A stretch of DNA of 64,000 nt from an uncultured Desulfobacterales bacterium (GCA_964478245.1 CAYZHB010000001.1:43249-107248); one strand, 5' to 3'; numbered from the stretch's first letter, positions 54,997 to 64,000 are shown. Notes: a model not told the origin generated them from the sequence alone. A program made the numbers and translations.

Positions 54997-55458
54997 ATGA
55001 CCACAATTCTCGTGATTTACCATTCCCAGAGCGGGAATACCGAAAAAATGGCCGCGTCCGTGGCAGAGGGCGCGACAAGTGTGGAGAACGCCGAGGGTGT
55101 TCTCAAAAAAGCCGGCGATGCAACCATTGAAGACCTGAGGGCCTGTGACGGTATCGCCATCGGGTCCCCCGAGTATTTCGGATACATGGCGGGCATGATA
55201 AAGGATTTTTTTGACCGGACGTACACGACGGTGTCGGCGGATTCAAATGCGTTCAGAAAGCCGTATGTGGTGTTTGTCAGTGCCGGGAACGACGGTCGGA
55301 ACACCCTGGTCCAGATTGAACGCATTGTGAAAGGTTTTCCTTTTAAAAAGGTGTATGAGCCTGTTATTTCAAGAGGAGAGATCAAAGCGGATATTTTGTC
55401 CAGTTGTTTTGAAATGGGGCAGACAATTGCGGCCGGCTGTGATATCGGTATTTATTAG
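54997..55458 (+). CDS. Flavodoxin-fold (WrbA/NADPH-dependent FMN reductase-like) protein
   Basis: ATG at 54997 after GGAGGG. TILVIYHSQSGNTEKMA, then GSPEYFGYMAG. Confidence 0.75.
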   Translation: MTTILVIYHSQSGNTEKMAASVAEGATSVENAEGVLKKAGDATIEDLRACDGIAIGSPEYFGYMAGMIKDFFDRTYTTVSADSNAFRKPYVVFVSAGNDGRNTLVQIERIVKGFPFKKVYEPVISRGEIKADILSSCFEMGQTIAAGCDIGIY

Positions 55459-55582
55459 TTGTTTTCAAACCGGGGGCTATGCCCCCGGTTACAACCGTCA
55501 ACGATTGAAACACTCGCGTGTTTCGTCATTCCGGCCTATGGCCGGAACGCCAAGCCACCCGCTTCGCGGGTGGTCGGTGACT
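55455..55582 (+). repeat. Family-1 multi-hairpin repeat, copy E
   Basis: Near-identical to copy B. The TAG stop (55456-55458) of the flavodoxin gene lies within the first nucleotides of the repeat. Confidence 0.9.
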
Positions 55583-55670
55583 GACCGGCGGTTGGGTTTT
55601 GTCTGTTTTACCGGGACTGTTTTTCCGGCACAAAAGACGGTCTGAACAGCCGGGCAAGGAAGAGACGCAA

Positions 55671-56846
55671 ATGGGCAGCACAAAGTACAATGTCATTTTC
55701 AGAGGAGAGATTGCAGAAGGCGCTGATCCCGGTGCGGTTAAACAGGGGATCGCCCGGCTTTTCCGAACGGATGCCGGCAAAGTTGACAGACTCTTTTCCG
55801 GAAAACCCTTTATCGTCAAAAAAGCGGCTGCCTTGGATACCTGCCGGAAGGTGGCCGACCGGTTCGAGCAGGCCGGGGCCGTCTGTGAAATAAAGCGGGC
55901 CGATACCGGGACAGCACAGAGCAATCAGGCGGAAAGCGCGGCCGGACAGAGAGCCGGGGAAACGGATCCGTCACCGGTGCGCACGGTGGCATACACCCGG
56001 GTTTCCCCACCGGGCCCGGCAGCGGACGGTACCGCGGGGGGCAGGGGAGAAAGGGCGTTTGCCGAACCGCAGAGAATGCCGGCTGCCAGCGGTGTGAAGT
56101 GGATACGGGATGCAATCCACCTTTTCAGGAGAAATCCGGTCGCCTGGATCGGGGCCACCGTTCTTTTGTTTGTGATAAATTTTGTTGTGCAGTTGATCCC
56201 TTTTGTCGGGGCGCTGGCGATGAACATACTGAATCCGGTTTTCGGAGCCGGGTTTGTCATCGGTTCGAGCGAGCAGGACCATGGCAGGGCTTTTTCCATA
56301 GAACATCTTTTTGCCGGTTTTTACCACAATTTCGGTGAACTGGTGATTTTCTCCATCGTGTTCGTTTTTGCCCTCTTTATCGTCATGGGTGTTTTCGCGG
56401 TAGCCGGGGTCCTGCTTATTGCCGGTGCGGCAGGCGGTATTTCCGCATTCATGAATCCGCAGCTGCTGACGGGTATGCCGTCGATGATACTGGTGCTTTT
56501 CGCCCTTGTTCTCGTTCTGCTGATGGTGCCGCTGGCAATGATTTACTGGTTCAGTCCGGCATTGATCGTTCTGGACGATATACCGGTTTTCAAGGCGATG
56601 AAGGCAAGTTTCAAGGCCTGTCTTTTCAATGTTGTTCCGTTTCTGGTATACGGCCTTCTGTTTCTGATAATTGCCGGGGTTTTCCTGGGGGCGCTGGGAG
56701 CCGCTGTTTTGCTGACCGCCGCTTCTCCTCTTGTGACAGGCATCACGGGATTTTTCCTCGCGTGTGTGTTTCTGCTTTTAATTCCCCCGATCGCCATCGC
56801 TTCGGTGTACACGTCATACAGGGATATTTTTGCAGTAACCGATTAG
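55671..56846 (+). CDS. BPSS1780-like membrane protein with N-terminal small soluble domain
   Basis: N-terminal YNVIFRGEIAEGADPGAVKQGIARLF...GKPFIVKK...AGAVCEIK module. It is followed by WIRDAIHLFRRNPVAWIGATVLLFVINFVVQLIPFVG...LFAGF and several TM helices. Confidence 0.55.
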   Translation: MGSTKYNVIFRGEIAEGADPGAVKQGIARLFRTDAGKVDRLFSGKPFIVKKAAALDTCRKVADRFEQAGAVCEIKRADTGTAQSNQAESAAGQRAGETDPSPVRTVAYTRVSPPGPAADGTAGGRGERAFAEPQRMPAASGVKWIRDAIHLFRRNPVAWIGATVLLFVINFVVQLIPFVGALAMNILNPVFGAGFVIGSSEQDHGRAFSIEHLFAGFYHNFGELVIFSIVFVFALFIVMGVFAVAGVLLIAGAAGGISAFMNPQLLTGMPSMILVLFALVLVLLMVPLAMIYWFSPALIVLDDIPVFKAMKASFKACLFNVVPFLVYGLLFLIIAGVFLGALGAAVLLTAASPLVTGITGFFLACVFLLLIPPIAIASVYTSYRDIFAVTD

Positions 56847-56874
56847 TTACAGCATGTTTAAAAGGAGGCATCAC

Positions 56875-57588
56875 ATGGGTCTTGTTGACGGGCTGACATA
56901 CAACATTAAAGGGTTTCTCTTGGGTATTAAAACCCCGAAACTGCTTTTCTGGGGCATTTTCCGTTTTGTGGCGGTGCTGATTCTGGCAATCCTGCTTTCC
57001 GGCACCATTCTTTATTTTCATGAGCAGACACTGAGTCTGATATGGAAAAGTCCCGAATCAGGGGTGCTGGCAATTTTATGGCATATTGTATCGTGGCTGC
57101 TGTCCGCGGTTCTGGCTTCCGTCTCCGCCATCCTCGCCTACTTTATCGCTCAGCTCCTGTTCTGTGTTTTCATCATGGACTACATGTCCCGAATTACCGA
57201 AAGAATTGTCACCGGTCGAGAGATTTATCCGGAAAACACGGCCTGGACATCGTTTTTTTTATATCTTGTCCGCCAGGAAATTCCGAGGGCGCTGATTCCG
57301 ACCCTGCTGAGCCTGCTGATCATGGCGGCCGGTTTTTTGACACCGTTCGGTCCGGTAATCGGCCTTTTATCGGCGCTGGTGGCAGCGGTTTTTCTGGCCT
57401 GGGACAATACCGATCTGGTACCGGCCCGACGGATGGACCCCTTTAAAGACCGGTTCGGGTACCTGAAAAAGAACATTTTTTTTCATATCGGCTTTGGTCT
57501 GCTTTTTATCGTGCCGTGGGTGAATATCCTTTTCCTCTCTTTTGCACCGGTCGGGGCGACCCTTTACTATATCGACAGGAACGGATAA
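56875..57588 (+). CDS. EI24/CysZ-family membrane protein
   Basis: ATG at 56875 after AAAGGAGG. Polytopic, with the topology and length of CysZ-like proteins. Confidence 0.5.
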   Translation: MGLVDGLTYNIKGFLLGIKTPKLLFWGIFRFVAVLILAILLSGTILYFHEQTLSLIWKSPESGVLAILWHIVSWLLSAVLASVSAILAYFIAQLLFCVFIMDYMSRITERIVTGREIYPENTAWTSFFLYLVRQEIPRALIPTLLSLLIMAAGFLTPFGPVIGLLSALVAAVFLAWDNTDLVPARRMDPFKDRFGYLKKNIFFHIGFGLLFIVPWVNILFLSFAPVGATLYYIDRNG

Positions 57589-57962
57589 TGGATATTTTGT
57601 GCAAGATTGAATCGGAAAAGGACGCAAAGGAAAAAGAAAAACAGTATACGGAAGATGAAAAGCATATCCTTTGCAGTTTCTGCTACACCCATATCACAGA
57701 CCATCACCAGAGGATACAGGTGAATGACGCCCATCGTCACGTGTTTGCGAATCCGCATGGCATCGTTTTCGAGATAGGGTGCTTCAAAACGGCAAAAGGG
57801 TGTTTTCCTTTTGAAGAATCGTCTACCGAATTTACCTGGTTTCCGGGATACAGCTGGCGAATTTCGATCTGCAGAAACTGCATGAATCATCTGGGATGGT
57901 ATTTTGTTTCCAGAACCGATTCGTTTTTCGGTCTGATCATTGAAAGACTTGTCATGCAGTAA
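57588..57962 (+). CDS. Bacterial cereblon-family (CULT domain) protein
   Basis: CSFC...HVFANPHGIVFEIGCF...EFTWFPGYSWRISICRNCMNHLGWYF...FFGLIIERL. Both CxxC pairs and the three-Trp cage pattern match the Magnetospirillum cereblon isoform as recalled. The start overlaps the upstream stop (TAATG). Confidence 0.8.
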   Translation: MDILCKIESEKDAKEKEKQYTEDEKHILCSFCYTHITDHHQRIQVNDAHRHVFANPHGIVFEIGCFKTAKGCFPFEESSTEFTWFPGYSWRISICRNCMNHLGWYFVSRTDSFFGLIIERLVMQ

Positions 57963-58061
57963 AAAAGGAGTTGATTTTTTTGGGGGATTTATATAACCTG
58001 AATCTGAACAGATACCGTTACCGTATATTCATACGAATAGCCAGAGTCAACGACCACTTTA

Positions 58062-58190
58062 TTGGTTGTTTCAAAACCGGGGGCTATGCCCCCGGTTACA
58101 ACCGTCAACGATTGAAACACTGACGTGTTTTTGTTTTTCCGGCCTACGGCCGGAATTCCAAGCCACCCGCTTTGCGGGTGATCGTTGACT
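58062..58190 (+). repeat. Family-1 multi-hairpin repeat, copy F
   Basis: Full-length copy. It is additionally preceded at 58045-58057 by AGTCAACGACCAC, the reverse complement of the family 3' terminus. Confidence 0.9.
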
Positions 58191-58221
58191 TTTAAACACA
58201 AAACGTCAAAAGGAGGGAATT

Positions 58222-58434
58222 ATGAGCGACAGTGTCTACAAAGTCATTGACCTTATTGGTACCAGTACGTCTTCCTGGGAAGATGCGGCAAAGAACGCAA
58301 TCGAGAGAGCCGGAAAATCGTTGAGAGATATTCGAATCGCCGAAGTTAAAAACTTTGATGTGAAAATCGAATCAGGCAAACCCCTGCTTTACAGAACGAA
58401 CATACGGCTGTCATTCAAGTATCAGGACGAATAG
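58222..58434 (+). CDS. Dodecin-family flavin-binding protein
   Basis: 70 aa, MSDSVYKVIDLIGTSTSSWEDAAKNAIERA...; AGGAGG upstream. Confidence 0.85.
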   Translation: MSDSVYKVIDLIGTSTSSWEDAAKNAIERAGKSLRDIRIAEVKNFDVKIESGKPLLYRTNIRLSFKYQDE

Positions 58435-58657
58435 CCGAAACCTGACGCCTGCAGTCGGATAAAAGGACGTCGGAAACACGTACAGTACAAAAGAAACACA
58501 CCGCTGTTTATGGTTGCCGGCGGGGGAAACCGCGCTGCCGTGTTTCCGGGTCCCGCTGACCGTGAAAAAAAGACAGGAAGGGGGATTTAACCCCACCTGC
58601 TTTAAGGGTCGTCGTTGAATTCGGCATCTGCAGGAAACCCCTTAAAGGAGAGGTAAG

Positions 58658-58867
58658 ATGGCGATAGCAAAAAAAGCATATGTGAAAAGATCGCCAGTTG
58701 ACCGCAGATCTCCCGTTGATAGAAGAATCGTAAACCACGGTCCTGTTTATCCGCATTCGGAGCGCCGACACAATACAAAGGACAGAAGGGTGGGATGGGA
58801 AGACAGGGAAGGCTGGAAAAGAATAAGCAAGTGGAGCAGTGCGCCGGACAGCTGGGATTTTGTATGA
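58658..58867 (+). CDS. Small basic protein with (S)PVDRR repeats
   Basis: AAGGAGAGG RBS. KRSPVDRRSPVDRR...KDRR... No known domain. Confidence 0.45.
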   Translation: MAIAKKAYVKRSPVDRRSPVDRRIVNHGPVYPHSERRHNTKDRRVGWEDREGWKRISKWSSAPDSWDFV

Positions 58868-58896
58868 TTGGTTGTTTTCAAGGCAGCTGTTGACTC
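58868..58896 (+). repeat. Family-1 repeat, 29-nt mini copy G (5' end joined to 3' end)
   Basis: TTGGTTGTTTTCAA followed by GGCAGCTGTTGACT. It begins at the nucleotide after the TGA stop at 58865-58867. Confidence 0.5.
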
Positions 58897-58954
58897 GTTC
58901 GTGATTTCATGATACCCACACCGTCTGGACTGTTAACTGTTAAAGGATATTTTG

Positions 58955-59980
58955 ATGAACGTTCTGGTTACCGGTGCGGCCGGTTTTATCGGTTATCATT
59001 TGAGCCTGAAGCTTCTCGAGGACGGCCATGCGGTTTGGGGCATTGACAATTTAAATCCGTATTATGATGTGGATCTAAAGAAAGCAAGGCGGGATAATTT
59101 AAACGCCTTTGCCGGCTTTACATTTGAGCTTGCAAGCCTTGAAGACAGAGAGAAAACAGCGAAAATCTTCAAATCCGTGAATTTCGACTGTGTGGTGAAT
59201 CTGGCCGCCCAGGCAGGGGTCAGATACAGCATTGACAATCCCCAATCGTATATCGATGCCAATCTGGTCGGCTTCGGCAATATTCTCGAAGGCTGCCGGC
59301 ATGGCGGTGTGAAACATCTGGTCTATGCCTCCAGCAGCTCTGTCTACGGACTGAACACGGTCATGCCGTTTTCGGTCAAACACAACGTGGACCATCCGGT
59401 CAGTCTGTATGCCGCTTCAAAGAAGGCCAACGAACTGATGGCCCACACCTACAGCTACCTCTACGGGCTTCCCACTACGGGACTGCGGTTCTTTACCGTC
59501 TACGGTCCGTGGGGACGGCCGGACATGGCGCTTTTCCTTTTCACAGAGGCGATATTGAATGACCGCCCCATCAAGGTTTACAACCACGGGAACATGAAAA
59601 GGGATTTCACTTTTATCGATGATATTGTGGAAGGGGTGGTCCGCGTGATGCAGCGGATCCCCGAACCGGATCACAACTGGTCTCCGGAGAACCCGGATCC
59701 CTCCTGCTCGGGCAGAGCGCCTTTCAGGCTTTACAACATCGGCAACAATCAGCCGGTGGCATTGATGGACTTTATAGAGGCCATTGAAAAAGCCCTCGGC
59801 AAAGCGGCGGTCAAGGATTTTCTGCCGCTGCAGCCGGGTGATGTGCCGGCCACCTGGGCGGATGTAGCCGATTTGAGCTCCGATACGGGATTCAAGCCGT
59901 CAACGCCTGTTTCAGAGGGGATTCGCAAATTTGTCGAGTGGTACAGATGGTATTACAGAAAGTCAACGACTCATAAATGA
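58955..59980 (+). CDS. NAD-dependent nucleotide-sugar epimerase (UDP-glucuronate 4-epimerase-like SDR)
   Basis: [23 protein letters not shown] and YAASK motifs. Confidence 0.8.
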   Translation: MNVLVTGAAGFIGYHLSLKLLEDGHAVWGIDNLNPYYDVDLKKARRDNLNAFAGFTFELASLEDREKTAKIFKSVNFDCVVNLAAQAGVRYSIDNPQSYIDANLVGFGNILEGCRHGGVKHLVYASSSSVYGLNTVMPFSVKHNVDHPVSLYAASKKANELMAHTYSYLYGLPTTGLRFFTVYGPWGRPDMALFLFTEAILNDRPIKVYNHGNMKRDFTFIDDIVEGVVRVMQRIPEPDHNWSPENPDPSCSGRAPFRLYNIGNNQPVALMDFIEAIEKALGKAAVKDFLPLQPGDVPATWADVADLSSDTGFKPSTPVSEGIRKFVEWYRWYYRKSTTHK

Positions 59981-59989
59981 GGAAAACGG

Positions 59990-61282
59990 ATGGCGCCTTT
60001 CGATGAAAAGATAGCGGTTATCGGGCTTGGATATGTCGGTCTCCCCCTGGCGGTGCACTTTGCCGCCAGGTACACGACCGTGGGGTATGATCTCAAACAG
60101 GAGATCGTTGAGAATTCGCGTAACGGAATCGATCCGACCGGAGAAGTGTCTAAGGCTGATTTCGCAAAGGCCCGCTATTTTACGCCCACAAGTGATGCCG
60201 TCGCCATATCGGATGCCGATTTTATTGTCGTGGCCGTTCCCACCCCGATCGACAGCTATCGCAGGCCGGATCTCGCGAGTGTGAGAAGTGCGGCCGAGGT
60301 GGCAGGGAAGTATATGAAAAGAGGGGCGGTGGTGATTTTTGAATCCACGGTATATCCCGGCGTAACAGAAGAGGTGTGTGTCCCGATAATGGAAAAGGTT
60401 TCCGGTTTCAGGTGGCGGCAGGATTTCAATGTGGGATACTCACCGGAACGGATCAATCCCGGTGACAAGGAGCATACGTTGCCCAGGATCGTCAAGGTGG
60501 TGGCCGGGGATGAGCCGGCGACTCTTGAAAAAGTGGCCGCGCTTTATGAAAGCATTATCGAGGCGGGCGTGCATAAAACCGCTACCATTAAAGAGGCCGA
60601 AGCGGCCAAGGTGATCGAAAATACCCAGCGGGATCTGAATATTGCATTGATGAACGAGCTGGCACTCATTTTTGACAAACTCGATATCGACACAAGGAAT
60701 GTACTGGACGCCGCCGGTTCCAAATGGAACTTTCTGCCCTTTACCCCCGGCCTTGTCGGGGGACACTGTATCGGCGTGGATCCCTATTATCTGACTTTCA
60801 AAGCGGAATCCGAAGGGTATCATCCCGAGATGATTCTGGCGGGGCGGCGGATCAATGACAACATGGGCCGCTTCATCGTGGAAAAGACCGTTAAGTTGCT
60901 CATAAACAGCGGTTTTACCGTAAAAGGGGACAAGGTGGGCGTGCTCGGACTCACTTTCAAGGAAAATTGCCCGGATCTGAGAAATACCCGGGTGATTGAC
61001 ATTATCGACGAGCTTGACTCATACGGTGCCGATGTGGTGGTCCACGATCCCATTGCGAGCCCCCGTGAAGCGCATACATATTACGGTATCCAACTGGCGG
61101 ACTGGGCGGCGCTTGACAATCTGTCCGCCCTGATTATCGCGGTGCCCCACAAAGCATACAGGGAGCGGCCTTTCAGTGATTTCGAAAAGACACTCAACAA
61201 GAACGGCTGCATTATCGATGTGAAATCGATGTTTGATATTGATCAGGCAAATCAGGCCGGTGTCAATTACTGGCGGCTTTAG
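59990..61282 (+). CDS. Nucleotide-sugar 6-dehydrogenase (UDP-GlcNAc/ManNAc dehydrogenase-like, TviB/WbpO type)
   Basis: IAVIGLGYVGLPLA, a GGHCIG catalytic Cys, and a C-terminal UDP-binding domain. Confidence 0.8.
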   Translation: MAPFDEKIAVIGLGYVGLPLAVHFAARYTTVGYDLKQEIVENSRNGIDPTGEVSKADFAKARYFTPTSDAVAISDADFIVVAVPTPIDSYRRPDLASVRSAAEVAGKYMKRGAVVIFESTVYPGVTEEVCVPIMEKVSGFRWRQDFNVGYSPERINPGDKEHTLPRIVKVVAGDEPATLEKVAALYESIIEAGVHKTATIKEAEAAKVIENTQRDLNIALMNELALIFDKLDIDTRNVLDAAGSKWNFLPFTPGLVGGHCIGVDPYYLTFKAESEGYHPEMILAGRRINDNMGRFIVEKTVKLLINSGFTVKGDKVGVLGLTFKENCPDLRNTRVIDIIDELDSYGADVVVHDPIASPREAHTYYGIQLADWAALDNLSALIIAVPHKAYRERPFSDFEKTLNKNGCIIDVKSMFDIDQANQAGVNYWRL

Positions 61283-61409
61283 CCCGTGGAAGCCTCGCCG
61301 TCGCCTGCCCTGAGTTGGAGCCGGGGCCCGGTTATGGAGAAAAGGGGAACAGGGTGGGATAAAGATGCGGAAACATCCATTTCAAATCGCCTGTCAAGGA
61401 AAAGAACAG

Positions 61410-64000
61410 TTATTTTAGCGCCGACGAAACGATTTCGTATACGTTCTCGGAGAGATCCGCATTCCGAATGATCTTTTCCAGTGTCTCCGTCATGAGCCGG
61501 TTCCGGTGATCATCGTATCGTTTTCTCCTGCTGAAAGCCGATGCAAGGGCGGCCGCCATTTGCGGATTTTTCCGGTCCAGCAGAAGAATCGTATCTGAAA
61601 TGAACGCGTATCCCCGGCCGTCCTTTCTGTGGAAGTTGACAGGATTGTTCAGTGCGAAATTGCCGATCAGCGATCTTATCCGGTTCGGGTTTTTAAATGA
61701 AAACGCCGGATGCGCCGTGAGCTTTTTCACAGTGGAAAGGGTGTCCGGCAGGGGAGAGCCGGCCTGGACGGAAAACCATTTGTCTATGACAAGCGGATCA
61801 TGCCGCCATTTCAGGTAGAATGAATCGAGCGCCTGTTGTCTCCGGTCGGTATCGATCCGGCAGAGGATGTTTAACAGACCGATTTTATCGGTCATGGTGA
61901 CGGCATTTTGAAATCTCTCGAAAAGCGTTTCAATGACGCTGTCTTTTTCCGCACTTCCCATATAGGAAAACAGTACAATTTTCAGGCTTCTCCTGCCGAC
62001 GGCCTCGGGGGAAAGGCTTTCGGGATCGGCGTGTGCACATTTTTCAACCGTTTCCATTATGAGGGATTCAAACGTCCGGGCAAGGCGTTTCCGGAAAAAG
62101 TGTCTTGCCGTGTGAACGGCATCCACATCGACTTTTTCAAATTTTTCCGAAATTTCGTTTTCCGTTGGCACGGTCAGCGCCCTGGCGGTAAGGGCGGGGT
62201 TGGATGCCCCCTTTGACAAAAGGTGTTGAAAAAGATCGGACAGATCGGCAGTAATGTCGATGCTATGCGTATCTGAAACGGTTTTGACAATCCGCCGGAT
62301 CTCTTTGAAAAAAAGCAGCTGGGCAAAATGCCACCGGTTAAAGGCATCCGGATCATGGGCGGAAAGGAGCGCCGCCTCCTTGTCCGAAAGGTCGGTTTCG
62401 ATTTTAACCGGGGCTGAAAATTCCCTGAAGACAGACGGAATGGCCCCTGACGGCATGTTTTCAAACACAATTTCCTCCCGGGGGGCGGTCAGCATGAAAA
62501 AAGATTTTTCCGGCGGGGTAATGTCCCGGCCGCTTTTATCCAGGACACCTGTCCTGACGGGGATGCAGAGCGGCTTTTTTTCAGCCTGGTGCCGGTCCGG
62601 CGGGGTGTGCTGTATAAAGGTGATGGTCAGCTGTTCTCGTTTTCTGTCGTAAAACCGTTTGACTTTCACAACGGGCGTTCCGGACTGGGTGTACCACAAC
62701 CTGAATTGGGAAAAATCGATACCGGCGGTGTCCGCCATGGTGTCGATAAAGTCATCAATAGTGACGGCCATGCCGTCAAACCGTCTGAAGTATTCATCCA
62801 TGCCTTTTTTAAAAAGAGCTTCTCCGAGAATGGTATGGATCATCCGGATCAGTTCAGCCCCTTTTTCATAGACGGTCATGGTGTAAAAATTGTTGATTTC
62901 CACATAGGATGCCGGTATGACCGGATGCACCATCGGGCCGGATTCTTCCGGAAACTGACGTGCCCGTAAGTTGCTGACATCCGAGATCCGTTTCACACTT
63001 CTTGAATTCATGTCGGATGAAAATTCCTGGTCCCTGAACAGGGTCAATCCCTCCTTGAGGGAGAGCTGAAACCAGTTTTTCAGGGTAACCCGGTTGCCTG
63101 TCCAGTTGTGGAAGTACTCGTGGGCTACCACATTCTGAATGTGTAAAAAGTCCGCGTCTGTTGCAGACTGTTCATCCGCCAGTATGTACCGGGCGTTGAA
63201 AATATTCAGTCCCTTGTTCTCCATGGCGCCGGCGTTGAAGTCATTGACCGCGACAATACTGTAAACGTTAAGATCGTATTCCCTGCCGAACCGTTCTTCG
63301 TCCCACTTCATGGCCTGTTTGAGAGATCTTAAAGCGTGGCCGCACCGGTTGCGGTTCTCTTCTTCCACCCAGAGATGAAGCGCGACGTCGTTGCCGGAAC
63401 AGGTCGTGAACCGGTCTCTGACGCAGGAAAGATCACCTGCCACAATGGCGAACAGATAGCTCGGTTTTCTGAACGGGTCTTCCCATTTGACAAAATGCCT
63501 CCCGTGATCGAGGTCCCCCGAAGCAACCGGATTCCCGTTTGAAAGCAGTACGGGATAATCGGTTTTGTCGGCGGTAACAACACAGGTGTACCGCGCCGTC
63601 ACATCCGGCCGGTCCGGAAACGGGGTGATCTTTCTGAAACCTTCGGCCTCGCATTGGGTAAAGAGAATGGTGCCCGACCGGTACAGTCCTTCAAGCGACG
63701 TGTTTTCTTCCGGATAAATGACGGTTTTGATTTCAAGATCGAATTCGTCAGGTGTCCGTGCAAGTTTAAAGTAGTCCTGTCCGGTTTCGTATTCACCTGG
63801 CAGAAGGACCATGCCGTCCGCCACAACCGACGTGACAGCGAGGTCTTTGAGATCAAAAATCAGGGGGGTATATTCGTCTGCTGTTTCCCGGTTGCGGAAC
63901 ACTCTGAGAGAGGAAGTGACATGCGTTTTTTCCCCGTAAATATCGAACTGAAGATCGACGGTGTCCACAAAATAGGGAGGCGGTTGATAGTCTTTCAGAT
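61410..64000 (-). CDS. pepN: Aminopeptidase N (5' end outside window)
   Basis: GAMENKGLNIFN, HEYFHNWTGNRVT, WFQLSLKEGLT. The frame stays open upstream of the listed GTG (…LKDYQPPPYFVDTVDL), so the true start is beyond nt 64000. Confidence 0.9.
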   Translation of the reverse strand, partial: LKDYQPPPYFVDTVDLQFDIYGEKTHVTSSLRVFRNRETADEYTPLIFDLKDLAVTSVVADGMVLLPGEYETGQDYFKLARTPDEFDLEIKTVIYPEENTSLEGLYRSGTILFTQCEAEGFRKITPFPDRPDVTARYTCVVTADKTDYPVLLSNGNPVASGDLDHGRHFVKWEDPFRKPSYLFAIVAGDLSCVRDRFTTCSGNDVALHLWVEEENRNRCGHALRSLKQAMKWDEERFGREYDLNVYSIVAVNDFNAGAMENKGLNIFNARYILADEQSATDADFLHIQNVVAHEYFHNWTGNRVTLKNWFQLSLKEGLTLFRDQEFSSDMNSRSVKRISDVSNLRARQFPEESGPMVHPVIPASYVEINNFYTMTVYEKGAELIRMIHTILGEALFKKGMDEYFRRFDGMAVTIDDFIDTMADTAGIDFSQFRLWYTQSGTPVVKVKRFYDRKREQLTITFIQHTPPDRHQAEKKPLCIPVRTGVLDKSGRDITPPEKSFFMLTAPREEIVFENMPSGAIPSVFREFSAPVKIETDLSDKEAALLSAHDPDAFNRWHFAQLLFFKEIRRIVKTVSDTHSIDITADLSDLFQHLLSKGASNPALTARALTVPTENEISEKFEKVDVDAVHTARHFFRKRLARTFESLIMETVEKCAHADPESLSPEAVGRRSLKIVLFSYMGSAEKDSVIETLFERFQNAVTMTDKIGLLNILCRIDTDRRQQALDSFYLKWRHDPLVIDKWFSVQAGSPLPDTLSTVKKLTAHPAFSFKNPNRIRSLIGNFALNNPVNFHRKDGRGYAFISDTILLLDRKNPQMAAALASAFSRRKRYDDHRNRLMTETLEKIIRNADLSENVYEIVSSALK

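Noticed and set aside
55498-55683. Minus-strand ORFs 55498..55683 and 57989..58201, which share a conserved peptide (DHP.SGWLG.PA.GR).
   Set aside because: The conservation is simply the translation of family-1 repeat DNA. The frames are not maintained in the other copies, and the ORFs have no RBS and no coding context.
58955-59980. SDR-fold protein considered as the missing OleD.
   Set aside because: It is 10 kb away on the other strand. It has the nucleotide-sugar epimerase signature and is paired with a nucleotide-sugar dehydrogenase, so a cell-envelope sugar pathway is the simpler reading.
61286-61471. 61-aa plus-strand ORF between the sugar dehydrogenase and pepN.
   Set aside because: It overlaps the pepN 3' end, has no RBS and has a low-complexity sequence.

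Overview
This 64-kb chromosomal window is moderately GC-rich, and its gene content looks like a sulfate-reducer-type Deltaproteobacterium (Desulfobacterota); that lineage call is inference only. All family calls come from motif recognition by eye, because no searches were run.

Housekeeping genes:
- mtaB, mnmA, fusA-like, rsmG, ileS-lspA-lgt-holA, pyk, guaB, dnaE, pepN.

Non-routine regions:
1. 38.9-49.1 kb, minus strand. A translationally coupled five-gene operon. A 1898-aa PUFA-synthase-like KS-CLF-AT-DH protein is followed by oleA-, oleB- and oleC-like genes. There is no oleD, and a Lys/Glu-rich coiled-coil membrane protein is inserted between oleB and oleC.
2. Family 1 repeat. A ~128-nt multi-hairpin intergenic repeat occurs at least 7 times, always in the same orientation. 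Two copies start at a stop codon.
3. Family 2 repeat. A long-hairpin repeat sits just after the stop codons of three plus-strand genes.
4. 8.9-15.7 kb. An island of exported proteins and lipoproteins. It includes two paralogous proteins whose signal peptide ends in Cys29 followed by 11-13 glycines. One of them has a near-consensus sigma-54 promoter. A truncated sigma-54 activator lies between them.
5. Smaller oddities:
   - a Tat-signal-bearing AmmeMemoRadiSam radical SAM enzyme;
   - a J-domain/MinD-ParA fusion;
   - an internally deleted hydrolase pseudogene;
   - a 7 x 156-bp repeat beta-propeller protein;
   - a bacterial cereblon (CULT) gene coupled to an EI24/CysZ-like gene.

I saw no rRNA, tRNA, CRISPR-cas, transposase, integrase or prophage genes.
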